Both the position numbers and the translations under genes were made by a program. A DNA stretch of 64,000 bases from Eledone cirrhosa. Lineage: Eukaryota. Below the pieces are notes generated by a model, which made no database searches, was not told the origin of the DNA, and saw nothing but the letters and a program-made list of their open reading frames with translations. Shown here piece by piece: positions 45,501 through 59,954 of this stretch. The stretch spans positions 28,210,001 to 28,274,000 of the forward strand of contig OZ024745.1 in NCBI GenBank assembly GCA_964016885.1. Direction: 5' to 3'. The first letter of the stretch is position 1, and the number at the start of each line of letters is the position of its first letter.

Positions 45501-48500
45501 TCATCATCAACACTACATCTTCACATCACCATCATCATCATCATCATTACATCTTCACATCACCATCATCATCAACACTACATCTTCACATCACCATCAT
45601 CATCATCAACACTACATCTTCACATCACCATCATCATCAACACTACATCTTCACATCACCATCATCATCAACACTACATCTTCACATCACCATCATCATC
45701 AACACTACATCTTCACATCATCACCATCATCAACACTACATCTTCACATCACCATCACCATCATCATCATTACATCTTCACATCACCATCATCATCAACA
45801 CTACATCTTCACATCACCATCATCATCAACACTACATCTTCACATCACCATCATCATCAACACTACATCTTCACATCACCATCATCATCAACACTATATC
45901 TTCACATCACCATCATCATCATCATCATTACATCTTCACATCACCATCATCATCAACACTACATCTTCACATCACCATCATCATCAACACTACATCTTCA
46001 CATCACCATCATCATCATCAACACTACATCTTCACATCACCATCATCATCAACACTACATCTTCACATCACCATCATCATCAACACTACATCTTCACATC
46101 ACCATCATCATCAACACTACATCTTCACATCACCATCATCATCAACACTACATCTTCACATCACCATCATCATCAACACTACATCTTCACATCACCATCA
46201 TCATCAACACTACATCTTCACATCACCATCATCATCAACACTACATCTTCACATCACCATCATCATCAACACTACATCTTCACATCACCATCATCATCAA
46301 CACTACATCTTCACATCACCATCATCATCATCACACTACATCTTCACATCACATCATCATCAATCACTACATCTTCACATCACCATCATCATCATCATCA
46401 CTACATCTTCACATCACCATCATCATCAACACTACATCTTCACATCACCATCATCATCAACACTACATCTTCACATCACCATCATCATCATCATCACTAC
46501 ATCTTCACATCATCACCATCATCAACACTACATCTTCACATCACCATCATCATCAACACTACATCTTCACATCACCATCATCATCACACACTACATCTTC
46601 ACATCACCATCATCATCAACACTACATCTTCACATCACCATCATCATCAACACTACATCTTCACATCACCATCATCATCAACACTACATCTTCACATCAC
46701 CATCATCATCAACACTACATCTTCACATCACCATCATCATCATCATCACTACATCTTCACATCATCACCATCATCAACACTACATCTTCACATCACCATC
46801 ATCATCAACACTACATCTTCACATCACCATCATCATCATCATCATACATCTTCACATCACCATCATCATCAACACTACATCTTCACATCACCATCATCAT
46901 CAACACTACATCTTCACATCACCATCATCATCAACACTACATCTTCACATCACCATCATCATCAACACTACATCTTCACATCACCATCATCATCATCATC
47001 ACTACATCTTCACATCATCACCATCATCATCACTACATCTTCACATCACCATCATCATCATCATCACTACATCTTCACATCATCACCATCATCAACACTA
47101 CATCTTCACATCACCATCATCATCATCATCACTACATCTTCACATCATCACCATCATCATCAACACTACATCTTCACATCACCATCATCATCATCATCAC
47201 TACATCTTCACATCACCATCATCATCATCAACACTACATCTTCACATCACCATCATCATCAACACTACATCTTCACATCACCATCATCATCATCAACACT
47301 ACATCTTACATCTTCACATCACCATCATCATCAACACTACATCTTCACATCACCATCATCATCATCAACACTACATCTTCACATCACCATCATCATCAAC
47401 ACTACATCTTCACATCACCATCATCATCAACACTACATCTTCACATCACCATCATCATCAACACTACATCTTCACATCACCATCATCATCATCATCACTA
47501 CATCTTCACATCATCACCATCATCATCACTACATCTTCACATCACCATCATCATCATCATCACTACATCTTCACATCATCACCATCATCAACACTACATC
47601 TTCACATCACCATCATCATCATCATCACTACATCTTCACATCATCATCATTAACACTACATCTTCACATCACCATCATCATCATCATCACTACATCTTCA
47701 CATCACCATCATCATCAACACTACATCTTCACATCACATCATCATCATCATCACTACATCTTCACATCATCACCATCATCAACACTACATCTTCACATCA
47801 CCATCATCATCAACACTACATCTTCACATCACCATCATCATCAACACTACATCTTCACATCACCATCATCATCATCAACACTACATCTTCACATCACCAT
47901 CACCATCAACACTACATCTTCACATCACCCATCATCATCAACACTACATCTTCACATCATCACCATCATCATCACTACATCTTCACATCACCATCATCAT
48001 CATCAACACTACATCTTCACATCATCATCATCATCATCATCACTACATCTTCACATCACATCATCATCATCAACAACACTACATCTTCACATCACCATCA
48101 TCATCATCAACACTACATCTTCACATCATCATCATCATCATCATCACTACATCTTCACATCACCATCATCATCAACACTACATCTTCACATCACCATCAT
48201 CATCAACACTACATCTTCACATCACCATCATCATCATCATCACTACATCTTCACATCATCACCATCATCATCACTACATCTTCACATCACCATCATCATC
48301 ATCATCACTACATCTTCACATCATCACCATCATCATCACTACATCTTCACATCATCATCATCAACACTACATCTTCACATCACCATCATCATCATCACTA
48401 CATCTTCACATCACCATCATCATCATCATCACTACATCTTCACATCATCACCATCATCAACACTACATCTTCACATCACCATCATCATCATCAACACTAC

Positions 48501-51500
48501 ATCTTCACATCACCATCATCATCATCAACACTACATCTTCACATCACCATCATCATCAACACTACATCTTCACATCACCATCATCATCATCAACACTACA
48601 TCTTCACATCACCATCATCATCACTACATCTTCACATCACCATCATCATCATCATCACTACATCTTCACATCATCACCATCATCATCACTACATCTTCAC
48701 ATCACCATCATCATCATCATCACTACATCTTCACATCATCACCATCATCATCACTACATCTTCACATCATCATCATCATCACTACATCTTCACATCACCA
48801 TCATCATCATCATTACATCTTCACATCACCATCATCATCAACACTACATCTTCACATCACCATCATCATCAACACTACATCTTCACATCACCATCATCAT
48901 CATCAACACTACATCTTCACATCACCATCATCATCATCACTACATCTTCACATCATCATCATCATCAACACTACATCTTCACATCACCATCATCATCATC
49001 ACTACATCTTCACATCATCATCATCATCAACACTACATCTTCACATCATCACCATCATCAACACTACATCTTCACATCACCATCATCATCAACACTACAT
49101 CTTCACATCACCATCATCATCATCACTACATCTTCACATCACCATCATCATCAACACTACATCTTCACATCACCATCACCATCATCAACACTACATCTTC
49201 ACATCACCATCATCATCATCACTACATCTTCACATCACCATCATCATCAACACTACATCTTCACATCATCACCATCATCATCACTACATCTTCACATCAC
49301 CATCATCATCATCAACACTACATCTTCACATCATCATCATCATCATCATCACTACATCTTCACATCACCATCATCATCAACACTACATCTTCACATCATC
49401 ACCATCATCATCACTACATCTTCACATCACCATCATCATCATCAACACTACATCTTCACATCATCATCATCATCATCAACACTACATCTTCACATCACCA
49501 TCATCATCAACACTACATCTTCACATCATCATCATCATCATCACTACATCTTCACATCACCATCATCATCAACACTACATCTTCACATCACCATCATCAT
49601 CAACACTACATCTTCACATCATCATCATCATCATCACTACATCTTCACATCATCATCATCATCATCATTACATCTTCACATCACCATCATCATCATCACT
49701 ACATCTTCACATCATCATCATCATCAACACTACATCTTCACATCACCATCATCATCAACACTACATCTTCACATCACCATCATCATCAACACTACATCTT
49801 CACATCATCATCATCATCATCACTACATCTTCACATCACCATCATCATCAACACTACATCTTCACATCACCATCATCATCATCACTACATCTTCACATCA
49901 CCATCATCATCAACACTACATCTTCACATCACCATCATCATCAACTTTACATCTTACATCTTCACATCACCATCATCATCAACACTACATCTTACATCTT
50001 CACATCACCATCATCATCAACACTACATCTTACATCTTCACATCACCATCATCATCAACATTACATCTTACATCTTCACATCACCATCATCATCAACACT
50101 ACATCTTCACATCACCATCATCATCAACACTACATCTTCACATCACCATCATCATCAACACTACATCTTCACATCACCATCATCATCAACACTACATCTT
50201 CACATCACCATCATCATCAACACTACATCTTCACATCACCATCAACACTACATCTTCACATCACCATCATCATCAACACTACATCTTCACATCACCATCA
50301 TCATCAACACTACATCACAACATTGCTATCAACATCACAACATTATTATCACATCACCATCATCACAACATCACAACATTATTATCACATCACTATCAAC
50401 ACAACATCACCATTATCACAATATAATTATCATCACATCATCAACATCATAATGTCACAATTACAACATCAACATAACCATCACAAATTCAACATCACAA
50501 CACCATCAGCAATGCATAAATAACAACAACAGCAACACCAACATCAACAACATCAATAACAACACCAACAACAATTAGTAATGCATAAACAACATCAAAA
50601 GCAACAACACCAACAACACCAACAACAACAACAATAGCAATGAAAAGCTCACCTTGTTACGAAGGGAACAGTCAATACCAGCTTCCACAAGTAGTTTGGC
50701 TATTTTCCTTCTCTTCAATGCCGCAGCAATATGCAATCCTGTGTCACCGTTCTAATAAATATAAACATCATAGACACCTTTATAGGTTAGTTTTTTTATT
50801 TCCTTACTGGTTCCATGTGAAGGTGTGTGGCTTAGGGGTTAGCGTGTTTTGTTCATGATCGTAAGGGGCTGTGAGTTCAAATCCCAGTGAATCATCGTGT
50901 CTTTGAGCAAGACAACAAAATAATTGTTTCTACTTTAGGCACAAGGCCAGCAATTACCCAGTGCATTACTGGTACTTTATTTTATTGACCCCCGTAAGGA
51001 TGAAAGGCAAAGTAAACCTCGGCGGGATTTGAACTCAGACCGTAAAGGGACGTAGCTATGCTGGAAAGCATGGCGTCCGACCCTCTACCAATACTGCCAA
51101 TCCACCGCAAGACAACAAAATAATGAAATATTTCACATGTGGCTCAGTGATTAGAGTGTTTTGTTCATGATTGTAAGGTTGTGAGTTCAATTCGCAGCAC
51201 AACATTGTGTCCTTGAATAAGACATTTTATTTTACAATACTCAAGTCTGTTCAGCTGGTAGCAAAAAATGAGTTGTGCCAATAGTTAGTAATTTCATGAG
51301 CAAAATATTTTATTTGAACAACTGGAAAATTTGTCATCAGAAGTGACAGAGGTTTGATAACAACATCAGCTTACTTGTTTTGGTCATTAGACTGTGGCCA
51401 TGCTGGGACACTGCCTTAAATGGGTTTTATTTGATCGTATCAACCCCAGTATTTTTTTCTTTCAAGTCTGATACTTATTTTATCACTCCCTTTTTGTCAA

Positions 51501-54500
51501 ACCCCTATTTATTTATGAATTTAAATGTCTGTATAAAACTAGTAAACCATAACAGACTAGGGGAGGTATATAATACCCACTCTTTATAGTTAAGAAACAA
51601 AAACAAGATAGACTGAGATAAAAATAAAAAAATGGAAGACCAATGGGAGGCAAAAGAAGCATAAATAAGATTTAGAAAAAGTGAAAAACAAGGGAATCTT
51701 TTTGTAGCTTCTGTGTAGTTTTTTAATAATCAAATTCAAGATATCCCCTCGCTCAGATTGGTAGATTCTACATTGAACAAATAGTGGATACAGTCCTAAC
51801 AATAAAGGATGGGAACAGTGATGGGTTTAAAGTGAAGGTTGGAGTGCATCAGGATCAGTACTAAGGTGATTACTATTTGTAGTTGTGATGGAGGTATTGG
51901 CTTGAAGTGTAAAGGAGATTTTACCATGGGAGTTGCTGTATACAGATGACCTAGTGTAAATAACAGAGAGTATGGATGGAATGAAGAAGATGAATAGGTG
52001 GAAGAAATGTATGGAGGCAAAAAAGACAAACAAGAGTTAACCCTTTAGCATTTAAACCAGCTCCGGCCAGAATTCTCTCACCTCTTTCTGTTCAAACTGG
52101 TTGTAACCAGCCTCTCATATTGACATTAAGGTATTGTCCTCAATATAAATGATATCAAAATCTCATAGATTCAATATCATGTGAGATAAATATGTGAAAT
52201 AAAGCCTTTACCACGGAAATACAATAGTATATAGAGAGTAATGTAAACGCTAAAAGGTTAAAGGAAATAATTCAAATTTAGATAAATAAGTTAAGAGCTA
52301 ATGTACATATGTACATATGTTAAGAGCTAATGTCATATGCAAAACAATTTTAATTAATTTAAATAGTGTTTGTAACATAATTTTAATAAAAGATTCCTAT
52401 ATAAAATTATGTTGGAAGATTTTAATTTAAATAGGATTCCTTTAAAATGGGTGAATTTGTTTTATGGAAGCAGAGTCAGTTTTGGGGAGGTTGTTATCAA
52501 AAGGGTTATAGAGGGAGAGGAATTCAAGGGGTTGAACAGGTTGTCGCTAATAGCTCTCTTTATACCCTTTGAGATGTTAGAGGGGAGTGTAACAGATTGA
52601 GAATTAATGAAGTTAGAGGGACTGATTTGTAATAAAATTTCTTACCTTGTTCTCATCATTCAGTGAACACCTGGCACTAATTAAGATACGTGTGACACCT
52701 GCATGACCATAACGAGCTGCTGTGTGCAAAGATGTATCACCATACTAGAATATAGAAGTGAAGCATTTAAATTAGGGGAGGGGGTGCATGAGAGTAGGAA
52801 GAGAGAGAGAAAAAGAGATATGAGAGGGGGAGCAAGAGAGAATATATATGTATATATTCACAGTGAAGTGAATAAAAAACTGTAGCTATATCTACATTAA
52901 ATTTATATTAAATCTTCTAAATCTTCTCTTCTTTTTTGCCTACATATTCCAAGGGGAGGCATGGTAGCAGAATCCTCAAGTATGCCTTCTAATGGGTCCT
53001 ATCAGAAGCAACTATCTCCAATTGATCTGGCTCGATCCCCAAACAAAACCAGCTAAGCTCATGGATATTGTCTTACTATCTCGCCCATAAAATCTGCCCA
53101 GTAATTCTTTCATTAAACATTCTAACCATATGTAGTACCAGAGTTGTGATTCCCAATTTGGAGAAGTAGCAGTTTTACCTGGAGTGACTCCCTGATCTCC
53201 AAGCTTCACATCCTATTGAGTAACATTAATCAAAAAGCCCTTTGAAGGATAAATATAATGTGAATTCAACAGTCTGTGTGTTTATTGAATGTCTAAGATG
53301 ACCCTTCCTGATCTAATTTCAGAATAAGATGATATATATAAGTGAAACTGCCATCATCATCATTTAATGTCCATTCTTCTTGCTTACAAAGGTTAGAAAG
53401 ATCATTACAGATCAATTCAGTGCTCAATCAGAGCTACTGAAACCTCAGATGTGCCTTACCATATCTTGTTTAGATATATTCCAGCATTTTACAGATTGCA
53501 CTAGATGTATTTTATCAGTGCACAAGCACTAGAGAGGTTGTCATGTTTTTGACACAACTGGAGAGTCTTCTTGACTCTTTGTTTGGCAAGTATAATACAG
53601 TTGGATGCTCTTTCAATGCAAACCATTTTATAGAATGTGCCGGATGCATTTTTTCTGGCACCAGCACTAGGGAGGGTGTTATACCCATGACACCACTGAA
53701 GAGTTCTCTTGACCCTTTGTTTGTTATGTTTTCTGCAACTGGAAGCCCTTCCTAATGCCAACCATTTTACAGAGTGTACTGGGTACATTTTTCGTGGCAC
53801 TAGCAGTAGGACGGTTGTTGTGTCTTTGACTCCGCTCGACATCTAAGTAAGTTGATATAGTCCAGAGAATGTGAGAAATCTTAAGATAATACTTACATTG
53901 TTCTTTATATCTGTATTACAGCCAGAGTATATCAAAATTCTAGAACTTTCATTGTGGCCATTCTGTGCAGCAAGATGTAATGGAGAGAAGCCACTCTGTA
54001 AAACAAAATAACAACAATGAATGGAAGGTTTTAAAATAATCCTGTTAGGTATTGTAGAATGATGCTGAAATTTTACAACTGACCTTATTCTGAATTGAAA
54101 CATTACAGTTGTTCTTCACTAAAATGTCCAAAGTTTTACTGTAGCCATTCCAGGAAGCTTCGTGTAGTGCTGTGTTTCCATGCTGCAAAATATGTGGAAG
54201 TAAGTGGGTAATGCCACATGTTTGATAGAATTAGGGTAATAATATAACATGTTTGATAGAGATATGGTAATAATTGTTTCTACTTTAGGCACAAGGCCAG
54301 CAATTACCTAGTACATTACTGGTACTTTTATTTTATCGACCCCGTAAGGATAAAAGGCAAAGTTAACCTCGGCGGGATTTGAACTCAGATTATAAAGGGA
54401 CGTAACTATGCTAGGAAGCATGGCGTCCAACCCTCTACCGATACTGCCAATCCACCGCCATATGGTAATAATACATGTTTGATAGAGATGTGGTGATAAT

Positions 54501-55670
54501 ACATGTTTCAGAGAGACATGTTTGATAATACACATTTGATAGGGATATGTTGATAATACATGTTTGATAGAGATGTGGTAATAATATGTCTTTGACAGAA
54601 ACATGGTAATGATATAACATGTTTGATAGGGACATGATAATAACACATGTTTAATTCATATAAGATGTTAATACATGTTTGACAGAAATATGATGTTATA
54701 CAACATATTTGATACACGCATGGTATTAATGGCACATGTTTGCTATGAACATGATGTTATACAACATGTTTGATGTTTTAACTGAATGTGTGGTAATAAC
54801 ATAACATAGATACATGGCCAAGGTTTGAAATTTAGTGGAAGGGGTTAGTTGATTTTATCAACTAACCCAAGTACTTGACTGGTACTTTATTTATTTATAA
54901 ACAAAAGGGTTGCTGGTAAATTTGTCTTCAGCAGGATTTGAATTCAAAACATAAAGGGGCAAGAGAAAATACTGCAAGGGATTTAGTCCAATTCTGTAAT
55001 GATTCTGTCAATCCACAACATTGATCACCGGCTCTATTCCTCTCACCCAGTCACTTTCATCATTCAACACATGACCCAACCATCTCATTCCATTTCTCTT
55101 CACAACATTATTCACTGGCTCTATTCTTCTCACCCAATCACTTTCATCTTACTTCAACACATGACCCAAACATCATATTTCATTTTTCTTCACAACATTC
55201 TTCATTGTCTTAATTTTCACTGCTTCTCACTCACTCACTTTCATCTCTTCTTAACACATGACCCAACCCTTTCATTCCATTTCTATTCCCAACATTCATT
55301 ACTGGCTCTATTCTTCTCATCAAGTCATTTTCACCCTTCTGAAATGGAATGGCCATAGTTGAAATATATATGATGATTAGTTAGTACCAACGCCTACAGT
55401 AAGTTATATGAAAAGTGTTTACCTCATCCTGTAAGTCCCTTGTACACCCTTTCTCTAGAAGTGTTTTACATGCTTCAGTGTGACCCTGGGAGCAGGCTCG
55501 GTGGAGGGCTGTGAATCCAATCTGAAGAGGATGAAAAATTGGAGTGGAACATATTAAGGGATTGTTACAAGAATTACTTCTATATATGTGTATATGTATG
55601 TAGTAGTAGATAGATATGTGTGCATGTGTGCAGGCATGAAGATAAATATATGTATATGTATATATGTGTG

Positions 55671-55735
<65 letters not shown>

Positions 55736-58119
55736 AACATATGAAACAATCACAGGGAATAATTTGTAAAAGTGTGTAAGCACACATAGCTAGGTAGGTA
55801 ACTAATTAAAGTTTAACTAGAACTTTAAATATAGATACCTTATAAATTGATTAATCATCCTTGTATATATTTCATTAAAGAAATATATTTCACCATCAAT
55901 CGATCGGTAAACCACAGTAGCCAAATCCTGGATTTTCAACAAGAGAGAAGCTCTGTGTTTACACAGCAAATCCAAATCTGCGACTGACTAGCAGCACGTG
56001 TTGCATTTTTTTAAAATACACACATCGTACCAGCTTCATCCCAGTGGCATGAATAGGGTTATCAACACCTAAAAATAGCAGCCAAGTCCTTTCAACTGAG
56101 TTAGCTCTACAATTAAGTGGCCGTATATATATCCAAAATTAAATATATATATACACATGTAGTGTAATTCCAGATCTGCCATGATAAAAGATATTAACTC
56201 CAGATCTGCCATGATCAAAGATATTGTTTAGCTCCAGATCTGCCATGATCATCTTTTATTTAGATACAGAAGATCTAGAATTATATTATTCAATATTTAA
56301 GACATATATTTACTCAAACTAATTAAAAGGAAAATAGTCACAATCACATTTTATTCTATATTCTATGTAAAATATCTGATACCATTATCACATGATTATC
56401 ATATTGAATACACCCTGAATAATTTATGACTGCACAGGGCCAGCATTGTCTGTGTAAGCCATAGTGAAGGCAACCATCTAGACGAGCAGTTACCCTGAAT
56501 AAAATACGATTGCACAAGGATGACATGGTCTCTGTAAGATGTAATGAAGACAACATGTCTAGGAGAGCAGTCACGCCGAATATAAATACAGGGTAGAGAG
56601 GATGCTTGAGTCTGGTCAGACAACTTCTCTAGTGCTGGTAGCACGAAGAATGCACCCAATCCATACCATAAAGTGGTTGGTGATAGGAAGGGCATCAAGC
56701 CAGAAAACTCTGCAAAAAAACTATGAAAAGCACAACATATAAGAATCACACTAATTGCATATAATAGGAATCTGGTGTAGCGTGCAGGAGAGGAGATGGC
56801 ACTGGTATGGACATGTGATGTATATGGATGATGATCGCTGGATGAAGAAGTACCAGACAAATAAATCTTCAGTAGAAGGAGACCAAGAAAGACTTAGACA
56901 GAGAACCGATCTCAAATCACTGAAGATCACAGAGGAGATGGATTGCAATGAATGGAGAGAAGCTGTGCTGGAAAGAACCTGTCCAACTTAGTACAGAAAA
57001 TAATCTAGGTACACATTCAACATTTTAGAAATAGATGCTTTCTAAATATTATGTCAAAATAAGACGGGATAGTCACGACTGGAATAATGTTGATCATTGG
57101 ATCAATTACCTCTGCCTTTGGCTAAAACAACATTTTAGAGTCATTATCATGGCAGATGATTAGTATTTGCATTGAGAGTTACTTCCCTTGAACTATGAAA
57201 TACATGTGTGCGCGTGAGTGTACGTTAGGTTGAGGTGAGACGGAGATAGAAAGTGGGAGTGAGAAAGGAAGAGAGCGAGAATGATATATATATATATATA
57301 TATATATATACATGCATGCACGCGCCACACACACACACATACATCATCATCATCATTTAACGTCCATTTTTTCCACGGTAGCATGGGTTAGACCAGTCGT
57401 CCCGTTGTGAGACAAGCCAGTTCAGATGACCATGTCTTGCTCATACACATTCTAGCTTGGTTTCTACGGCTGGATGTCCTTCCAAACGCCAACTATATTT
57501 ACAGTGTGTATTGGATACCTTTTGACGTGACACCTACACGACCACTTTACAGAGTTTTTCCTTTCCACACCTACTGATATTGCTATATATATAATTTTAT
57601 TTAAATCAGGTGACAACCAAAGATGATACTTCAAATCATTTTATTAACGTAGACGTTAATAAAATAATTTGAAGTATCATCTTTGCTTGTCACCTGATTT
57701 AAATTATTATGCTCCGTATTTTTCCATAAGTGATTATTAATACATTGAGATTTTTCACATTTGGTATTGAACGCTCCCATACTCACTTTTATTCATTTCA
57801 TATATATACATATGTATGTTCTTCTGGTTTTATAATTTCATAAATTTATACCAATAGAGAGAGAGTCGGTTTCTAACATAGACACAAGACTCTCTCATTG
57901 GAATTTACACAACATCAACTAGGTAGATATGTATGTATGCATGTATGTGTAGATATGGATGTTATTGTATGTGTGGATGTGTATGTTTTGAGTTGTATGT
58001 GTGCATGTGTATATGCTTTGTATTTGTACATGTGTATATGCAGTTATTAGATGCAACATTTTTGGAAAATGTTACATATTTTTACTGTTCTATTAATGGA
58101 TTGTACTTGTAATTTCCTA

Positions 58120-58193
<74 letters not shown>

Positions 58194-58940
58194 CGTTTCT
58201 GAATTTGTTTAGCAAGATTCTTTATCTGAAATCGTGTGTTGAAACCGATATTGTTATACTTTGGGAGGGTCATGTTGCCAATAAGAAACACACGCACCAG
58301 TTGCTTTCACTTCAATTTATTATATATTTATAAATTTATAAATTTACAAATCTACAAACTTATAAATTTCTGGTTGGTTGGTTGGTTCCACAACCAGATA
58401 GTTGTTTATATATAGTCATAGTCCTTTCGTCACACACTCTGTGACCTCTTCAGTGACTGGGGATTCCTTTCTTTGTTTCTGTGCCTTTCCTTTCTTCTGT
58501 CCTACGCCATTTTGTTTCTGTGTGTGTGTTGTGTGCTCAGTTTGCGCATGCGCCACATCCGGGTGTCTGTGTGTGTTTGTGTTCATTTATCTATTTGTTT
58601 ATTTATTTATTTATTTATTTACATGTTGTTGGTTGGTTGTTTGTTCTATGTGTGTGTGTGTTTTCATTTTGTCCTTAATTGTAAGTTGTGATGTTGCTGT
58701 TCCACTCATATTTTCTATTTAATTTTGGTTGTAATTCTTTTATGCTTACTGCCTCTGTAATTTGCCTAAACATTGCATCTTTTCTGTGTGTGGATTCTAT
58801 TTTTATTTCTATGTTCTCTAATTTACCCTTGTGCTCTATCTTAGCATGCTAAGATATATATATATATATAGATATATGGCTTCTACAGGACTAGAAATGT
58901 TTCATTCGAAAGAAATCATCAGGCAAGCCAACTATCATTG

Positions 58941-59000
<60 letters not shown>

Positions 59001-59488
59001 TGCAGATAATTAGGGTGTTTAACCGTGAAGGTTGCATTGTAATGTCACGAAGATAATGTAGTTTAAGCCGTTAAAAATCACTCCACGACAGCCGTATATC
59101 CAACATTATGGTGGTGATTAAATGTCCAAATAATCACAGCTATAAATCTGAAAGTATAGTCAGGATGGAGTATCTGCAGATTTCTCATTAGTTCTGCATA
59201 AATATTCTCCTTTTTGCTAATCTTTGATATTATATTGGCATTTGCTGGGCAGCTAACTTCCACTACTCTGCATGCCTTCTTTTCCCTGTCCCATATCATA
59301 ATATCTGGTCTGTTATGCCTGCATTTTATTGGGGTTTTGACTGGAATATTCCACCAGTACTTTTTCATATTATGTATATCCACATTGTCTTCCACATTGT
59401 TGTAGCTTTTAATGTGTTCATTGTCGGGGCTGTCTTTTCTACGGATTGCATTGTACAGTGTTTTGGCCACTTCATCATGCCTCATACG

Positions 59489-59520
<32 letters not shown>

Positions 59521-59833
59521 TGTATGTATGTATGTATGTATGTATGTATGTATGCATGTATGCATGTATATTATATATATATGTGTGTGTGTGTGTGTTT
59601 ATGTGAGTGTTTATGTGTGTACATTTGTATAAGAGTTTATATAGATAAAATCATGAAATATATGTATGTATATGTTTCATAAACATGTTGTATACGGGTC
59701 CATCATTGATGTTTTCACATTCATATCTGCCATGTTAAACCAGGCTGAACTGGAACCTAAGTGACACATCTACTACGTCAGCCATTATTGGAAATAGGGT
59801 GAAATTTTGGTGAAGAAAGGTGATGAAATTAAT

Positions 59834-59883
<50 letters not shown>

Positions 59884-59915
59884 GAGAGTGAGAGAGAAAC
59901 AGTGAAAGAGAGAGG

Positions 59916-59954
<39 letters not shown>

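Noticed and set aside
40921-50523. 3200-aa and 2853-aa His/Ser/Ile-rich ORFs
   Set aside because: Products of a G-free satellite that can hardly encode stops; antisense within an ANKRD6 intron
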